Source: Basidiobolus meristosporus CBS 931.73
Lineage: Eukaryota; Fungi; Basidiobolomycota
DNA length: 64,000 bases
NCBI GenBank assembly: GCA_002104905.1
Contig: MCFE01000365.1
Coordinates: 1-64,000 of the forward strand
Reading direction: 5' to 3'
Within the stretch, counting starts at the first letter, position 1, and every line of letters starts with the position of its first letter. The notes beneath the pieces were generated by a model. It was not told the DNA's origin. It searched no databases and was given only the letters and a program-made list of their open reading frames with translations. Below, one piece after another: positions 35,700-49,459 of the stretch. Made by a program: the position numbers and the translations under genes.

Positions 35700-37351
35700 T
35701 TGCAGGATCTTCACAACTTCTATGGATTTGATTCACCTGAATGACCAAATCAGTTTTTCATTGGGATGCCTTTGGCATTAAAAGTTAAGCAGCCTAATAC
35801 ATGAGTATTTATTAAGTAAGACATAGTTGGGTTGAATGCACCATGCTACTACTTTGAATAGAACAACTTAACCAAAATATGCTAGGTATCATCTAGGTGC
35901 AGGTCAACTTCTGCACCTCTCAATGGAGGACTCTTATCAACAAGAATCAGTGTTGGCCAATAACAAGGACTATGTTATTGCAGCAAGAAGGAATATATTG
36001 GCTGTGCACAATATTGCATCTATCAGATGGTACAGAGGTATTAGTGGCAGAATAATTAGCATTTAACCATGGTTTGCAAGATACTTATACAAATTGTTCT
36101 GATACTTAGTGCCATATTGTGCCATGAGTGCCCAATAGTGCTAAGTAGTACCAGAGAGTTGTAGCAGACCTGTACATTGCAATTCAACGTGAAACCTTGC
36201 TCAGTATCTTCATGCAAAGTAGCTCTGGTGTCTCAACTGTTGCACTGGAGAAACTCTATTCTTTAATATTATTGTATTCAAGTGAGAAATGTAATCAAAC
36301 ACTTGAACAATGTAACTGAGCCAAAGGGACAGTTCAGTGCAGAATTTTAGGTTTCAGAGAGAGTGGTAGAAATATTGTCAGAAAAATTCTGGTCTAACAT
36401 TGGTCCTGGATTTTGCTCTGTTTGGCTATAAAGGTAACTGAAATGGTTGGCTATGCATAACAGACTTAATGTTCTTGGAAGTGCTAGATATACTAGGCTT
36501 GAGCAGAAGCTAGAATAGTAATGTTGAACCTTATTTTTGCTCAGATACAGTCTGAATCTTGTTGAGAAACATACTTAACCAAAAGGCACAGTAAGCTTTA
36601 TTTGTACCTCTTGGATCCAAAAGAACTAGTAAGTGCCAAGAGACTGGATTAATTAGAGTTACAATGGGTGTTGATGGGTGCATAAGATAAATGAGAATTG
36701 TATCATCATATCTGCTGATGTCCTGGTAGCTGCCAAGTGGTTGGATAGATCTTACATGACTAATCACTTAGTAATGCTTTAGCAGATGAGTTGATAACAT
36801 AATGACTGCATGAAATTGCCAAGGTGTGATAGCTAAAAATAGATTCCAAGGCGGAAAAAAATTAACCATAACTGGGACTTCTTATGCTTTTACTGGGGAA
36901 AATCAGTCAGATTACAAGATTTTCCAATGGAGTCAAATTTGGTAAGTTTGATTTGTTTGTGCACAGCATATCTATATCTTGGGGTTAATGTTGGGGACCA
37001 TGGGTATTTGCACAAGAGGATTAAAGATATGAATGTGCAACTGAGTAACTCTGACACTCTGAATTTGGTCCAAAAACTCTATAACATGTCACTAAAGTGT
37101 AAAGCGATAACTTAGTTGACTGATACTATCTGTCACTATAAGTGCTTTGCATAGGTTTCACTACAGGCCCAATGTCTAAATTAAGTGCCAGATAGCTCCA
37201 GTGGACCAAGATAGTGCCATGCATTTTTGTAACAAGTTACAAACCTCCAGAGGTATATTTAGAGAATGTTCACTGTTTGATAATTTTTTGGATCAATGCT
37301 GTGCATTATGTGCAAGAGCACAGTGCAAATGAAGGGATCTAATTGGTACTA

Positions 37352-40300
37352 CCATACAAGAAATTATTGTGATGATCCCGCCAAAGGCCGTCACAGACCT
37401 AGAGCTCCATGACTAAGAAGTGTTGATCTTATCAGGACACTGCGCAGCAACTGTTGAAAAATAATTGCACCCCAAATTTCACATGAACTTGATCAAAATT
37501 TCTCATCACAACAGTATATTGGTAGGTTTTGATTGATTCCCTGCCAACTTGCTCACTTTCTGATCCCAGACATTCAATCACCTCCTACACTTGTCTACAT
37601 TGATTGACTATTGCCTCTTTGGCACTCTCCTTACTTTCTGACTCAATTGTTTCTCTTACTTTTTATGCATACAAAATGATTTATTTCTGTTGAAACTTCA
37701 GTTGCACCTCAACTGCCTAATGGATTGACTAAACAAGTCCCTGTACCCTGCGCTAACATGAAGCTGAACGCCACATTCAACAAGTAATTTCATTAAAATC
37801 CAACACTCAATAAGTATTTCTGCTGCAATGCTCTCTTTCCATGACTAAGGCAGGAACCCAACAGCATTATGCCACTATTCATTCACTGGTTCCCACATGT
37901 CCTGGTCTTCAGCTGGCACTACAAGGTCTAGCATCTCATCTGCCAGGTCTTTACAATGAGTCCTTGGAACATTTAAGTGTGTTTTCTTAAGCACTGCTCT
38001 TGAAAAAGTGTTGCAACCTCTTAATGTGCCTATTAATGTTGCAAAATTTCACTGAAGGTATTGTGATTATCACTTGAGTTCTTGACATTGTAGCCTTGTC
38101 TGTCAGTAGGGTCTTCACTCTCTCAACAATAGTGGATGTGGAGGCTGTGGTAGACAAATTGCTTTCTCTGCAAACTCATCTACTTTGCTGGAGTGTAGCT
38201 CAACTGCCTGTACTTCCAACTCCTGTGAAAGCAGTTGTTTTTTTGTTAATAAGGTTTCTCTGTGGGCTTTATCTTTTGGTACTGTTGTTGTGCTTCAAAG
38301 ACTGTACGGTGTTCCTCTGCTGTTACATTGGGAAATGGCTCAATTCTTGGCTGTGACATTGAGTTTCTTGTGCTCCTTCTTCGAAGCAAAGATACAGCAT
38401 TCTCTACCTGGGATATTCAATGCTCTACACATAGTATCCACTCATCCTGTTCCCTGGACTATTTTCTGATTTCCCTGGGCCATCACATCTATCCTACAAG
38501 CCAATACACCTAATTGCTTCATTAATGCTTTGGTATGAGTTGACAACATAGTTGCTGATATGGATGGTGGTGATGTTATCATGGCCACTCAATGGTCTTC
38601 AACTAAATGTATGGTGTTTACTACACTCTTATCTGCCTTAGCATTATGGTGACTTTTGGCTCCACAGAGACTCTCGGTTGCCTTCATGACTGAGAGCCTG
38701 AGGAGTCTGCATCATTACCTTTAATGGGCACACTGTAAACATGGCCTTTTTTGAATGTAGCCCCACTTGATGCACTGAATGTCAAAGCAAGCAGTTGTCC
38801 AATGGTTCTACTGCTGCCGTCAGCAGTGGGATGTGGCTGGGAACCAGACAATTTTACTTTATTTTTGGCAGCATATATACAGAAGTGAATCAAATCAAAG
38901 AGAAAATAGTGTTACATACAAATGGGTATGTGGGGCAAGAGCTTTGTTTATAATGCTTACTATGGCAGGTCATCATTGAACTTTACATTCATTTAGGTGC
39001 AATGTCTCAAATACAAGACTGTCTTAAATTCACATGATTACTGTCCATACTGTGATATAATAGCATTTTGTTGGAGAAGGTCAAACAGTTTGCCCCATGA
39101 ACAAGACTACTCTGATTCAATGCCGTAAGAGAATAGAAAAAGACCATGTGGCTATTGTAGCAAGCCCTCAGCCATAGAGCATGCAGACAGTATAGGAAGT
39201 ACTACAAGAATCACAGCTGGTGTTTTGCCACATAAGTCATATCTGACCATTCATCAGTTACTACTATACCAACATTATCTTGCAGGGGAGTGGATATGCC
39301 TATATTGGCACTTGGCCATTTTTGTAACCATGTGCAAACTGAGTCAGATGAGTTTGTGATGTCTTGAGGCTTACCACAGCCTTCTGAATATGGCACACAG
39401 AGTGATAGCTCTGGCAAAGAAGGCTCACTGATGATTTGTGAGCCTATCTCCCCTGACAACAATACCATGCATGAGCATGGTCAAATCCCAATATTCAATG
39501 AGACAACACCAGTAGAAAGAAATGCCAAGGATACTTTAGTGAGCCATGTGAGCACAGTAATCCATTTACTTGTGAATGATGTAGTGTTGTGGCTAGAGAA
39601 GTGGTGCATTTCCACTAATATCAGTAATGGGGGCTTTGAGGATTTATTACTACTTCTTGCCAAAATCATTCCAGGATGAAACTTACCATATGCATGATAA
39701 AAGTGGACAACCATCATGTGGCTGGCAACATATGACCCAGAGACTCTGCTGATTCCAGCATGTGTTGACGGTTGCGTGGCATTCACATCAAAAAATGCCA
39801 CCTTTGCAACATGTCCTAATTGTTGGGAATTCACAACCATTGAGGGAAATCATTGTTCACACTCCAGATATATTCCGGTCATACCCTGTCTAAAGAAGGT
39901 AATATAGTCCAACATATATTGCAATGCTATAGAGTACCGCGCTCAGCATCTATCAAGCATAAATATATCCTATATATTTGATGGCAAGCATTACAAATAG
40001 CCAAGAAACAGGGGCTACTTTGAAGGTATGTATTACCATACCTTTGCCTTAGCACTTGATGGATTCTCATTGAATGGTACTTTTGTTACAAGTCTTGGTA
40101 TAAGAGTTGTAGAGGAATAGGGAGTTTAGCTAGTATTGTATTCACTAAAACTTGGACTGATTTTTATTGAGGTTCCAGCAGCTCCTTATATACATTTTGC
40201 CAGATCAATTGCTGAGTAATTGTATTTCCTAATGTAGGTTGTGGCTGATGACTCATTTGATTGCATCATCATCACCCAATAAGACCCTACTTAATATATC

Positions 40301-40990
40301 TATTTCTGTCTGATAAGGAACTGCTGATTCATTTGCTGACTAATGCTACTGATTTCATAGATAATACTGATATACTGATAACCTAAGCATATGCTAATTG
40401 ATATGACTAAAAACTGATCTAACTTAAACATTCAAGTGGCAGATCATAACACTCTACCAGTAAATCCCGCTGGCCACTGATTCTCATCCACCAGAATCTT
40501 TAACCTATCTTACAGTATCATAGCAATACTCTGATGGTAGTCTCACTGGCAACTGGGCCAAATCACTGTTCAACCTGGATAGCTACCTGTATCCATTGCT
40601 GAATGAATTTTGTATGCCTTCCAGCAGGATATCAGGAAGTGGCCATCATGTCAGAGTGCATTTTACTTTCTGCATTGGAGATACCCCAGCCATCAGCAAG
40701 ATAGCCAGCTTTTTTAGGCACAATACATGGTAATGCAGTCAAATGTGCAAGATTCAGGGGATTCTTTCCATATCTCACACACATTATTATTATCCAAACA
40801 TCAACACTAAGAACATCATTTCCCACAGAGAGAATATGCAGAAGTCAGCATGCAACTGCAGCAAAATTGGCAAGCTATAAGCCATTGGTTGAAATTGGGA
40901 ATCAGTTAGAAACCGGAGACATTTAAAATAGAGGGTTTCTGTTGGAATATAAGCTTTCCACTGGGAGCAATATATTTGCATTTCAACTTG
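37352..40990 (+). mobile_element. CACTA-like copy 3 (ORF2 on minus ~37680-38893, transposase on plus ~39140-40990)
   Basis: Terminus CCATACAAGAAATTATTG; homology to other copies; internal deletions; interrupted by a solo LTR. Confidence 0.85.
40084..40451 (-). repeat. Solo LTR of gypsy family C
   Basis: High identity to 49083-49449; flanks CTTT/CTCT; empty site GTACTCTACC seen in CACTA copy 1. Confidence 0.93.
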
Positions 40991-41699
40991 ATATTTTGTA
41001 CCTTCATGCCCCTGGCTAATTTCTTCACCAAATGCTGAGTCTTTTATGCTGGTGCAGTGAATGCCCTCTTTTTTGAAGTCAGGTATTCTTGGGCTTGGAA
41101 GCACAGCAAGTATATTCTTGAATCTTCAATACGCAGTTTAACAGGCTGTTTGTCACAACAAGAGGTTGTCTTTCTTAAGATAGCAGCTAAAAGGGCTGTT
41201 ATACTAACTAAGCACTTGGCTAGTGCTTAAAATTAAATGACTACTTTAAGATATGCTCTGATATCTGATTTGCATTAGTGCTGCTCCAGATTCTTGATGA
41301 CTTCAATGTGCCTAAGATCTAAAGCTGAGCCTTTGTTTTATACATGCAATACAGATACTCAGTACACTGACTCAAGAACTCACATTTAGATATGTTTCTA
41401 CAGAGCTAGTTGTCTCTGAGCTTCATTAGGGCCTACTTAATGAAATTTGAATAGTGCGCATCTGTCTTGCTGTAAATCAGTGTTACATATACAGAGATCA
41501 CCAGAAGCTTGACCAAGTTCTTTTGGCAGATGGTCTGCTTCATGGTCTTGTATATGTCTTGAGCATTGATGAGGTCTAAACTGACTATGAAGTACTCCTG
41601 GAGACCATATGAAGTTCTGAGTTATTCACTTGGAGTTATCTTCTATATCTACTCTAAAGAGTTGGACCCTGTAAAGAGGTCAATCTTGCTGGGTATAAA

Positions 41700-43620
41700 G
41701 GGACCAATAGCTTTGTAAAAAGCTAATCAACTCAGGGTACAAGATACTTACTCCTCACAATTACTGGGATTGGCTCTTTGTGATTAATGCTCATTGATGG
41801 TGTTGCAATCATATCTTCACAAGAATTTCTGGTTCTCCCCACAGTGAGTTTTTGGGTATGATATTTCTGTATTACAAAAAATGGCTAATTTGTGTATTCA
41901 CTTCTTCCAATTTCAGTGTACTCACTCTGTAAGGCACTTTGCTCTCAGGAGGGCTATCCCTGACACCAATGGCTTCGTAAGCTTTGCTGATTTGTGGTAG
42001 GTTCCCAAACTCATTTGGAAGCATGTCTAATTGAACCTTTCAAGTGTCTAGACTATCTGATAAGCTGGGGCAAGTATATCCCTCTATAATACTCTTATGA
42101 GTAATATTTGGTTCACTTTACCAGGTGCCTTGAGGTATCATATCTTACTAAGCTCACTTGAGTAACAATCATGGGAATTAGGCAAGTTGTAACTCAGTCT
42201 GGCAGGTGGTAGCACATATGTCCTGTTACGCTTCTGCATCTAAGTGGCATCAACACTCCAATCAGTCAATGAGTCACAGCAGAGTAGCCAGCTTTTCCAA
42301 GTAAATGGTCAATCTTACAGCTGTCATATAATTAGGTCTCAAGGTCTTCAGCAAAGTCATTGATTGTTCTTCTTGGTTTCATAGTGATATGATTGATTAT
42401 GTCAAAGTGCCCATCAGCTTTAGTGACTGGAACTGATTTGCTTAGTGCTGGAACAACTCCAGGATTCAAGGCATTGATTAGAAATATACAGATGCAATGC
42501 CCCTGACTCAATCATGCTCTTGACAGGTACTCCATCAACTGCTCCATTCTTACATGGAAGCTCTTTCATATAGGATACTACTTGAGATACTTTCCTGCTC
42601 TCTGCTGAGGTTGGATTCTTCTGTAAAGCATATATCTTCAGAGATACAGCTTCTAGTTATTTTCTTTCAAAGTGATTGTAACCATTCTGAATGGTCATTC
42701 ATGTCTTTCCAATCTAGCTTAGCTGAGTCAAGTGCTTTTCTTCAGTCCATCTGCAAAGCACTAACCATCATCAAAGAAGTCCATTTTAGTAATTTGCACA
42801 AGTTAACATCTATATGCATGTATTTATTCTAGAACCATAGGTCTATATTATGGTATCTTCAGCTTCCATTGATGTAGTTTCAGCTGGTGAGGAGGTTCAA
42901 GTTTATCTAGAATCTTTAGCACATGTTCATCCCTGGTTGAAGTACCTGAGTGGTCCATTGTACTGCCTGACATTGTCATGTAGCAGTAGCATTGCAAACA
43001 GCATCTGCCAAATAACTGTTACAAGTCTTGGTGTAAGAGTTGTGAAGGTATAGGTAGTTTAGCTAGTATTGTATTCACTAAAACTTGAACTGATCTTTAT
43101 TGGGATTCCAGCAGCTCCTTATGTATATTTTGCTAGATCAATTGCTGACTAATTGTATTTCCTAATGTAGGCTGTGGCTGATGACTCATTTGATTGCATC
43201 ATCATCACCCAATAAGATCCTACCTAATATATCCATTTCTGTCTGATAAGGATCCGCTGATTCATTTGCTGACTAATGCTACTGATTTGATAGAAAATAC
43301 TGATATACTGATAACCTAAACATATAGCTAATTGATTTGACTAAAAACTGATCTAACTTAAGCATTCAAGCGGCATATCATAACATAACAAGCTTTATTA
43401 GTCAATTTGATTTCTTGGGTTACTCCTTCAACCATGATGGCCTCCTCAATTTTGAAGTCCCATGTTTCAAGGTCTTTATTGACTTTACCATATAATATCT
43501 TGACCTTGCTAATTAAAGTGGTAGAGCATAGCAAATTCACACAATCTTTTGCAGATGGGTGTCAATGTAGCTTCAACATACCCCAGGAAGATTGCCTGAG
43601 CCTATTCAGCAATCTTTAAG
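41700..43620 (-). mobile_element. Old degenerate relative of gypsy family C (gag-PR-start of RT)
   Basis: YGKVNKDLETWDFKIEEA vs YHGRVNENLGTWLFQIEEA; VDGVPVKSMIESGA vs [14 protein letters not shown]; DSPPESKVPYRVS vs [13 protein letters not shown]. Confidence 0.8.
43017..43385 (-). repeat. Solo LTR of gypsy family C
   Basis: Homologous to the family C LTR; perfect 4-bp TSD TAAC. Confidence 0.93.
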
Positions 43621-44107
43621 CATTTGCTTCAAATAGAATCTTTATGTGTCAGTTCAATCTGGTGATTGCTCAAAGTATATAGTCCTGGGTGATTTTCACA
43701 AATAAGGACTGTTTATGAAGCCATTCAGCGCTGATTTTGGTCGGATATACTATGGCTAGCACTATCTCAATGAAACTATATTCCACTAAGTTGGTGCTTA
43801 TTTGGCCAAACTATTGAATTAGAGTCCAGAATTTGGCTTGAATGGCCAATCAGGTCTTATGCTGATTAACCAAGGTATTTCAACTGGTATTGATGTTGAA
43901 CAGCCCTGTACTTAATGAAATATTCTGCTATTAGGTGTTTTTGAGCAGCTAACATATACATAAAATATCTGAACTACTTTTAGTTACTGTGGGACACACC
44001 TAGAGCCTAAAATCACCATTTCCATCAGATAACTGAGCCTATAATAGTCCCCCTATGTTCAAGATCAAGTTATTACTTTAACACACATTATGAATCAATC
44101 CTGAAGC

Positions 44108-44265
44108 TGTTGCACAAAGCTCCTGAATATTAAGGTACTTTACCCCCTGTATTTCCTCTACAAAGGTCTAAGTACAGAGCTTCTTCCTAAGTAAACAGCA
44201 GTTCAATAATTATAACTGTTTCTTGATAAGTTTCTAATGTCCAAGACACTTCTCAAATAACAACA
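44108..44265 (+). repeat. Short LTR-like repeat
   Basis: TGTTG...CAACA ends; patchy similarity to 33662-33830; no TSD found. Confidence 0.45.
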
Positions 44266-44350
44266 GGGCTCAATATTGGCTTCCCCATATGGAGTTTAAC
44301 AGCTTCTAGGTCTTTACTCTGACAAGTATTGTTACTTCTGGCTGTTACGC

Positions 44351-47170
44351 TGTTGAGTAACAGCCTAATGACCAGATTCTGCATTTTGATCTTTGCAATA
44401 GGGTAATAATCATAGGATCATAGACGCAAAGAAACTGGCAAAGTAGGGACTGCAAATTTGTCCTACAGTGAATAAGACTAGCTTAGAATTGCTAAGTAAA
44501 TTTTAGCTGCTGAATGATCCCAAATAGTCTAATATTTCAACACTCCCCCTTAAATAAATAATTTTTCAATCTTGGTTCCTCTCTGAGATTCTTAAACTGT
44601 GATCTAGCTAGTGGTTTTGTTAGTATATCTGCCACCATTTTGTCAGTTGGGCAGTAAACTAGCTCTACTAAGCTTTACTCTACAGCTTCCCTCACAAAGT
44701 GGTGTTGTACAATATATACATAGTTCTGGCTTATATGTTGGTTGATCTGAATTAATGCCTAAGTCTGTACATAATCCATAATTCTGCATGACTTCACCAA
44801 CTATTCCAATTGCCACTGCAATATCTTGATGTGCAGACACCATCAAGTACATCAGGCTACTAGCCATTGATTGATAGGGAAAGTTTTTGTCCATATTTGA
44901 GCCACTTTCACCCAAAACTGGCTGAGATTTGCTCAATATTAGATTATTGTCCAAAGGGGTAGCTGCAGGCTAGCAGTTTTCCATTTTGAAGCATTTAAGA
45001 ATGTCCTTGAGGTCTTAGACTGACTCAGCACAATATTTGCATAGGTGTGTCATAATTTACTTCAATTTCAAGAAAATAGCTCAATTTTCCAAAATCTTTC
45101 ATCTCCAATTTGCTGAAGAGATCTGATTTTGTCTGTTAAGTGCCTCCTGGTCCCTTGTAGCTAATATTGGGTTACTCACATAAAGAACTAGGATGGTCAT
45201 ACCCTTTTTGAGCTGTTTCACATATATATAGTGATATGCAGTGCTGCAAATGGACACAATCTCCTCTAAATATGTGTGAATCTTGTTATACCATGCTCTT
45301 GGTGAATGCTTAAGCCCATACAGCAATTTTCTGAGTCTGCACACCTTATAAGGGTCTTTTGGATTGTTAAAACCTTTTGGTTGCTTCATACATAAAGTTG
45401 CTTGCAAGTCCCCATTTAGAAAGGCTACTTTGACGTCCATTTGGTTCAGATCTGAACTCTGTACAGCTGCCAAGGCTAGAACTGTACTAATGGAGTTACT
45501 TTTGACAACCAGAGCAAAAGTGTCTTTGAAGTCTAGTCCCTGAATCTGGGAACAGCCTTTAGCCACCAATCTAGCATTGAACTCATTAACAGCACCATTT
45601 GAGGTTTTCTTAATCTTGTAGACTCATCTACATCCTGTTGGCTTTCTCCCATTGGGTAAATTTACCAGTTCCCATGCTTTTGCTATGATCAGCAATAGGT
45701 ACTCCTCCTGCATGGCTTGTTGCCACATGGTAACATCTGTACTTTGCATTGCCTGTTCCAGATTCTGAGGTTTAGCACATAAGGAAAGATAGGCTTCTTC
45801 ATGATCATTGGATGTCAGCCACCAATTTCCTAAGGCATTTCTTATTCTGGTAGCTCTCCTAGCTGGGATAATCTGCTCTGATCTGGAGCTGGTGGAATTA
45901 TCTTCCATATCTGGCTGAATTTGGTAGGTATACTCTTCATTAGTGCTGAATGCATACTCAGGCAGCTGGCCAATGATTTCTGTGGCTTTCTGATCTGTAT
46001 TCTCCTCAAATACAAAGTCCCTGCTCTTGATCAGCTTTTGAATTCCACAATCATACTCTCTATACCCCTTAGTATCATCTCAATACCCAAGAAAGAACCC
46101 CTATCTACTCTTTGGTTCCAGCTTTGAGCATTTTTTGTCAGGGATGTGATAAAAGACACCACTGCAAAAGATCCTGAGGTGCTGGATGTCTTGTTTTTTG
46201 CCTGTATATGCTTCAAAGAGTATAGAATCAGATATTGCTGTTGTTGGGCATTCATTCTTAATGTATACTGTGGTAGCAACAGATTATGCCCATGACTTGT
46301 AGTCCATTCCTTTATCATGTAGCATAGATCTTCCCATCTCCACAATTGTTCTATTTGCACTTTCTGCTACCTTGTTTTGCTGTGGAGTATGTGGAAGAGT
46401 GGTGTGTTGAAGTATACCAGTAGATCAGCAGTATTTAGCAAGCTCCTTTGAGCAGTATTCCCCTCCATTGTCACTTTGGAGTATCTTCAATTTACACCCA
46501 GTTTGTGTTTCTGCCATGTTCTTGAAGTGTTTAAATGTCTCTAAAGCCTCTTTGTTTGTTGTAAGGAAGTATAACCATGAATATCTTGTCATGTCACCAG
46601 TGAATAGCATTAAGTATATCTTGTCTGAGTGTACAATAGCCAATATTTCCGTGGTGTTGATGCCTCCTGAGCTCCTAAATCACTGCCTAGCTTGTTTGTC
46701 ATATGAACATCCCTTACAGTCAATCAATTTTATCAGAATTGAGTAATTTAGGCCTAAAACAAGATGATTTTTCACCAATTGACTCATTTTCTGTTCTGCA
46801 ATGTGGCCTAGCCTCCTATGCCATATTTCCCAGTTAGTTTGATCAGTTTCAGCTATGTTAACATACTCAGGTGCTATGATCTTGCATTGTAACTTGTATA
46901 CATTATGATCTCTGATTTCCAAAGCTAATTTTTGTCCATTTTCACTCAATGTTGAGCAGTTCAGCTTAGTGAAAACAAATCTCCATCCCTGAGCAATTGC
47001 TTTACTGACTGAGAGTAGGTTCTTAGAAATTCCAGGTATGTAGAGTATTTCAATCTGTTTGGTTGCTGTAGCCCCTGAGAAAAGTCTGTATTCTGATTCC
47101 CCCAAGTCTGTAGTTCTTCCCATAAAACCTCTCCTTTACAGGGAAGATGTTTATATTGTTCTCTTTGCTG
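44351..47170 (-). mobile_element. Copia family 2, IN-RT-RH-3' LTR, degenerate and 5'-truncated
   Basis: WEIWHRRLGHIAEQKM; LQSDNGGEY; VAKGCSQIQGLDFKDTFA; QMDVKVAFLNGDL; ADILTKPL; PPT AAGGGGGAG; putative LTR 44351-44542. Confidence 0.9.
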
Positions 47171-47177
47171 GTACAAG

Positions 47178-47581
47178 TCATCATCAATGACCTAAGAATG
47201 TTTTAAGTAGGTGCCAGAAGGTTCCAAGAGGCACAGCACATCCAACCAATCAGGAATCAGTACCTTGAAACCCAAGTAACATAGGGATACCATATACAGT
47301 ATGGAAATGGTAGGGATTGTGCCACAAGTTGATCATGTGTCATGGGTACTGACATGGGTACTTGCCTAATCTAGATGCATTTGCTGTTAGCAATCTTACA
47401 TAAAGTGAGGGATAATCTATGCAACAAGGTAAGCAAGTGGTGTAGTCAACCAGCTTATGGGAAAGTACTGGTCAGGTAAGACAAATGGGATAAAACTAAA
47501 TTAGTGTAGTAGAGATATAGGGAAGTGGAAAATGTGGGAATGAGCACATCTGTCAGTGGGTGTCACTGTGACCCCACTACA
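47178..47581 (-). repeat. Partial LTR (U3 part) of gypsy family D
   Basis: Reverse complement of ~56121-56522; starts TGTAGTGGGG. Confidence 0.85.
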
Positions 47582-48399
47582 ATGGCTGACAGCACTCAAT
47601 ATCTTGGGTACTGATTGTTGGGCAGGTAAGCAGACATATTGTCCTGGAGTGGACTAGGCCTGCTTGCAATCACACAAACTTGGTCATGAGCTGCTTGCTA
47701 CTTGCAGCTAGAATTGCAATGTAAAATCAGGGGAAAATCTGCTGAATACTGTTTTCAGAAGTTTGAGACATTGTATATGCATGAAGAACCAAGTTGTAAC
47801 TCAATGTGCATATCTACATATTTGTAGGCTTAAAGTTGGAAAAATCTAATCAAAATTCTAATCTTCTTCTTTGATCCCTTGCACAGGCTTAAATAATATG
47901 ATGAGTCTGATCTTCAGATCATAATATTTGTATTTATTGCTTCTGGGTTACTCAATGCTTCTTATATGAACTCCATTGACCCTCTTGTTGCCGTGTTAAG
48001 GATTTGTTGTTTATGGCAGATCTGGAGTTTTCTAATTTCTAGGCAACAGTTTTATTTGTTTAGACAACTTCACTGCATGTTCATATTAGATTCAAGGACA
48101 GTTACTTACATTATAGAGACTCTATATGAGGTACAAGAGATGACCTTTATTGGGCCATGTTAAGGTTTTGCGCCTGAGCCAGATTATCCTCACTTCTTGG
48201 AACTAAGGCACATATAACATGGCTAAAAAAAGTGTTTGCTCAACTCTGAGCTCATTGGCTTGCTCCCACTTGGACCACTTCAGTTCAGCAATATGAATTC
48301 ACAAAAAAGAATCTAGAATGGTCATCTTTGTCTTCCTCAAGTAGCAATAACTTTATCTGGATTGATTACTGCATTTATGGTTGATTTAAGATCCATTTG

Positions 48400-49000
48400 C
48401 TTCTTCATTCACCCAGTTTGGTATCAGAAAGTACCATTAGCTGTTTGGTAGCCATTTTTAGAGTACATCTACTGATTTGGACTGATGAAGCTGCTTTTGT
48501 CATATCAGAATATACTATAGAGTAGAGATAGAGGCTTTTTCTGAGGTGAGACTCTCCTTGACAAGGACTTTGAAGATCCTTATTCTCCTGATAACAATTT
48601 GTAACCATGTGCTTGGTTTGCAAGGCTAACAGATTGTCTTAGTGTCTTCAAAATCTGTAAAAACTATCTGGCTGATCCTTGCATCTTTTTCTTTCAGCTC
48701 CATAGACAGCAGATATCAAGATATCTGCTTTGAATAATATGCTCTGATATATCCTACAATGTCTGACAGATCCTGTTGAAGTTTCTGGGCACTTTTGGGC
48801 TTTCTGGCTTGAGAACTTTATACAAGAGGCTCTGTAGAGCATATCTGCATTGCAAGATAGTCCAAACAGAGTTTACATATATTTTGTCTTCATTGGGGAA
48901 GTGCCCTAATTTGCAGCTATAGTATTTTCCATTTTTCTTCTTTTTCTTTTTCTGCTGATGACCCAAGGGAGCTTCATTTTGTGATATGGTTCTGGACTTC
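48400..49000 (-). pseudogene. Possible very old copia gag remnant
   Basis: Only weak gag-like spacing in broken frames. Confidence 0.25.
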
Positions 49001-49082
49001 CTTATAGGTGACACCACAGTGTGTTGGAGCATATCAGATCTCATGACATTGTTAGTCCAGAATGGTTGACTATTGGAGAGTG

Positions 49083-49449
49083 TGTTACAAGTCTTGGTAT
49101 AAGAGTTGTAGAGGAATAGGGAGTTTAGCTAGTATTGTATTCACTAAAACTTGAACTGATTTTTATTGAGGTTCCAGCAGCTCCTTATATACATTTTGCC
49201 AGATCAATTGCTGACTAATTGTATTTCCTAATGTAGGTTGTGGCTGATGACTCATTTGATTGCATCATCATCACCCAATAAGATCCTACTTAATATATCT
49301 ATTTCTGTCTGATAAGGATCTGCTGATTCATTTGCTACTAATGCTACTGATTTCATAGACAATACTGATATACTGATACCTAAAACATATACTAGTTGAT
49401 TTGATTAAAAACTGATCTAACTTAAACATTCAAGCGGCAGATCATAACA
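49083..49449 (-). repeat. 3' LTR of gypsy C
   Basis: TGTTATG...TGTAACA, preceded by the PPT. Confidence 0.97.
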
Positions 49450-49459
49450 TTCTCCCCTA

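Noticed and set aside
49300-49430. Recurrent CTGAT motifs in the family C LTR
   Set aside because: Irregular spacing in AT-rich U3; possible factor-binding sites but no supporting evidence
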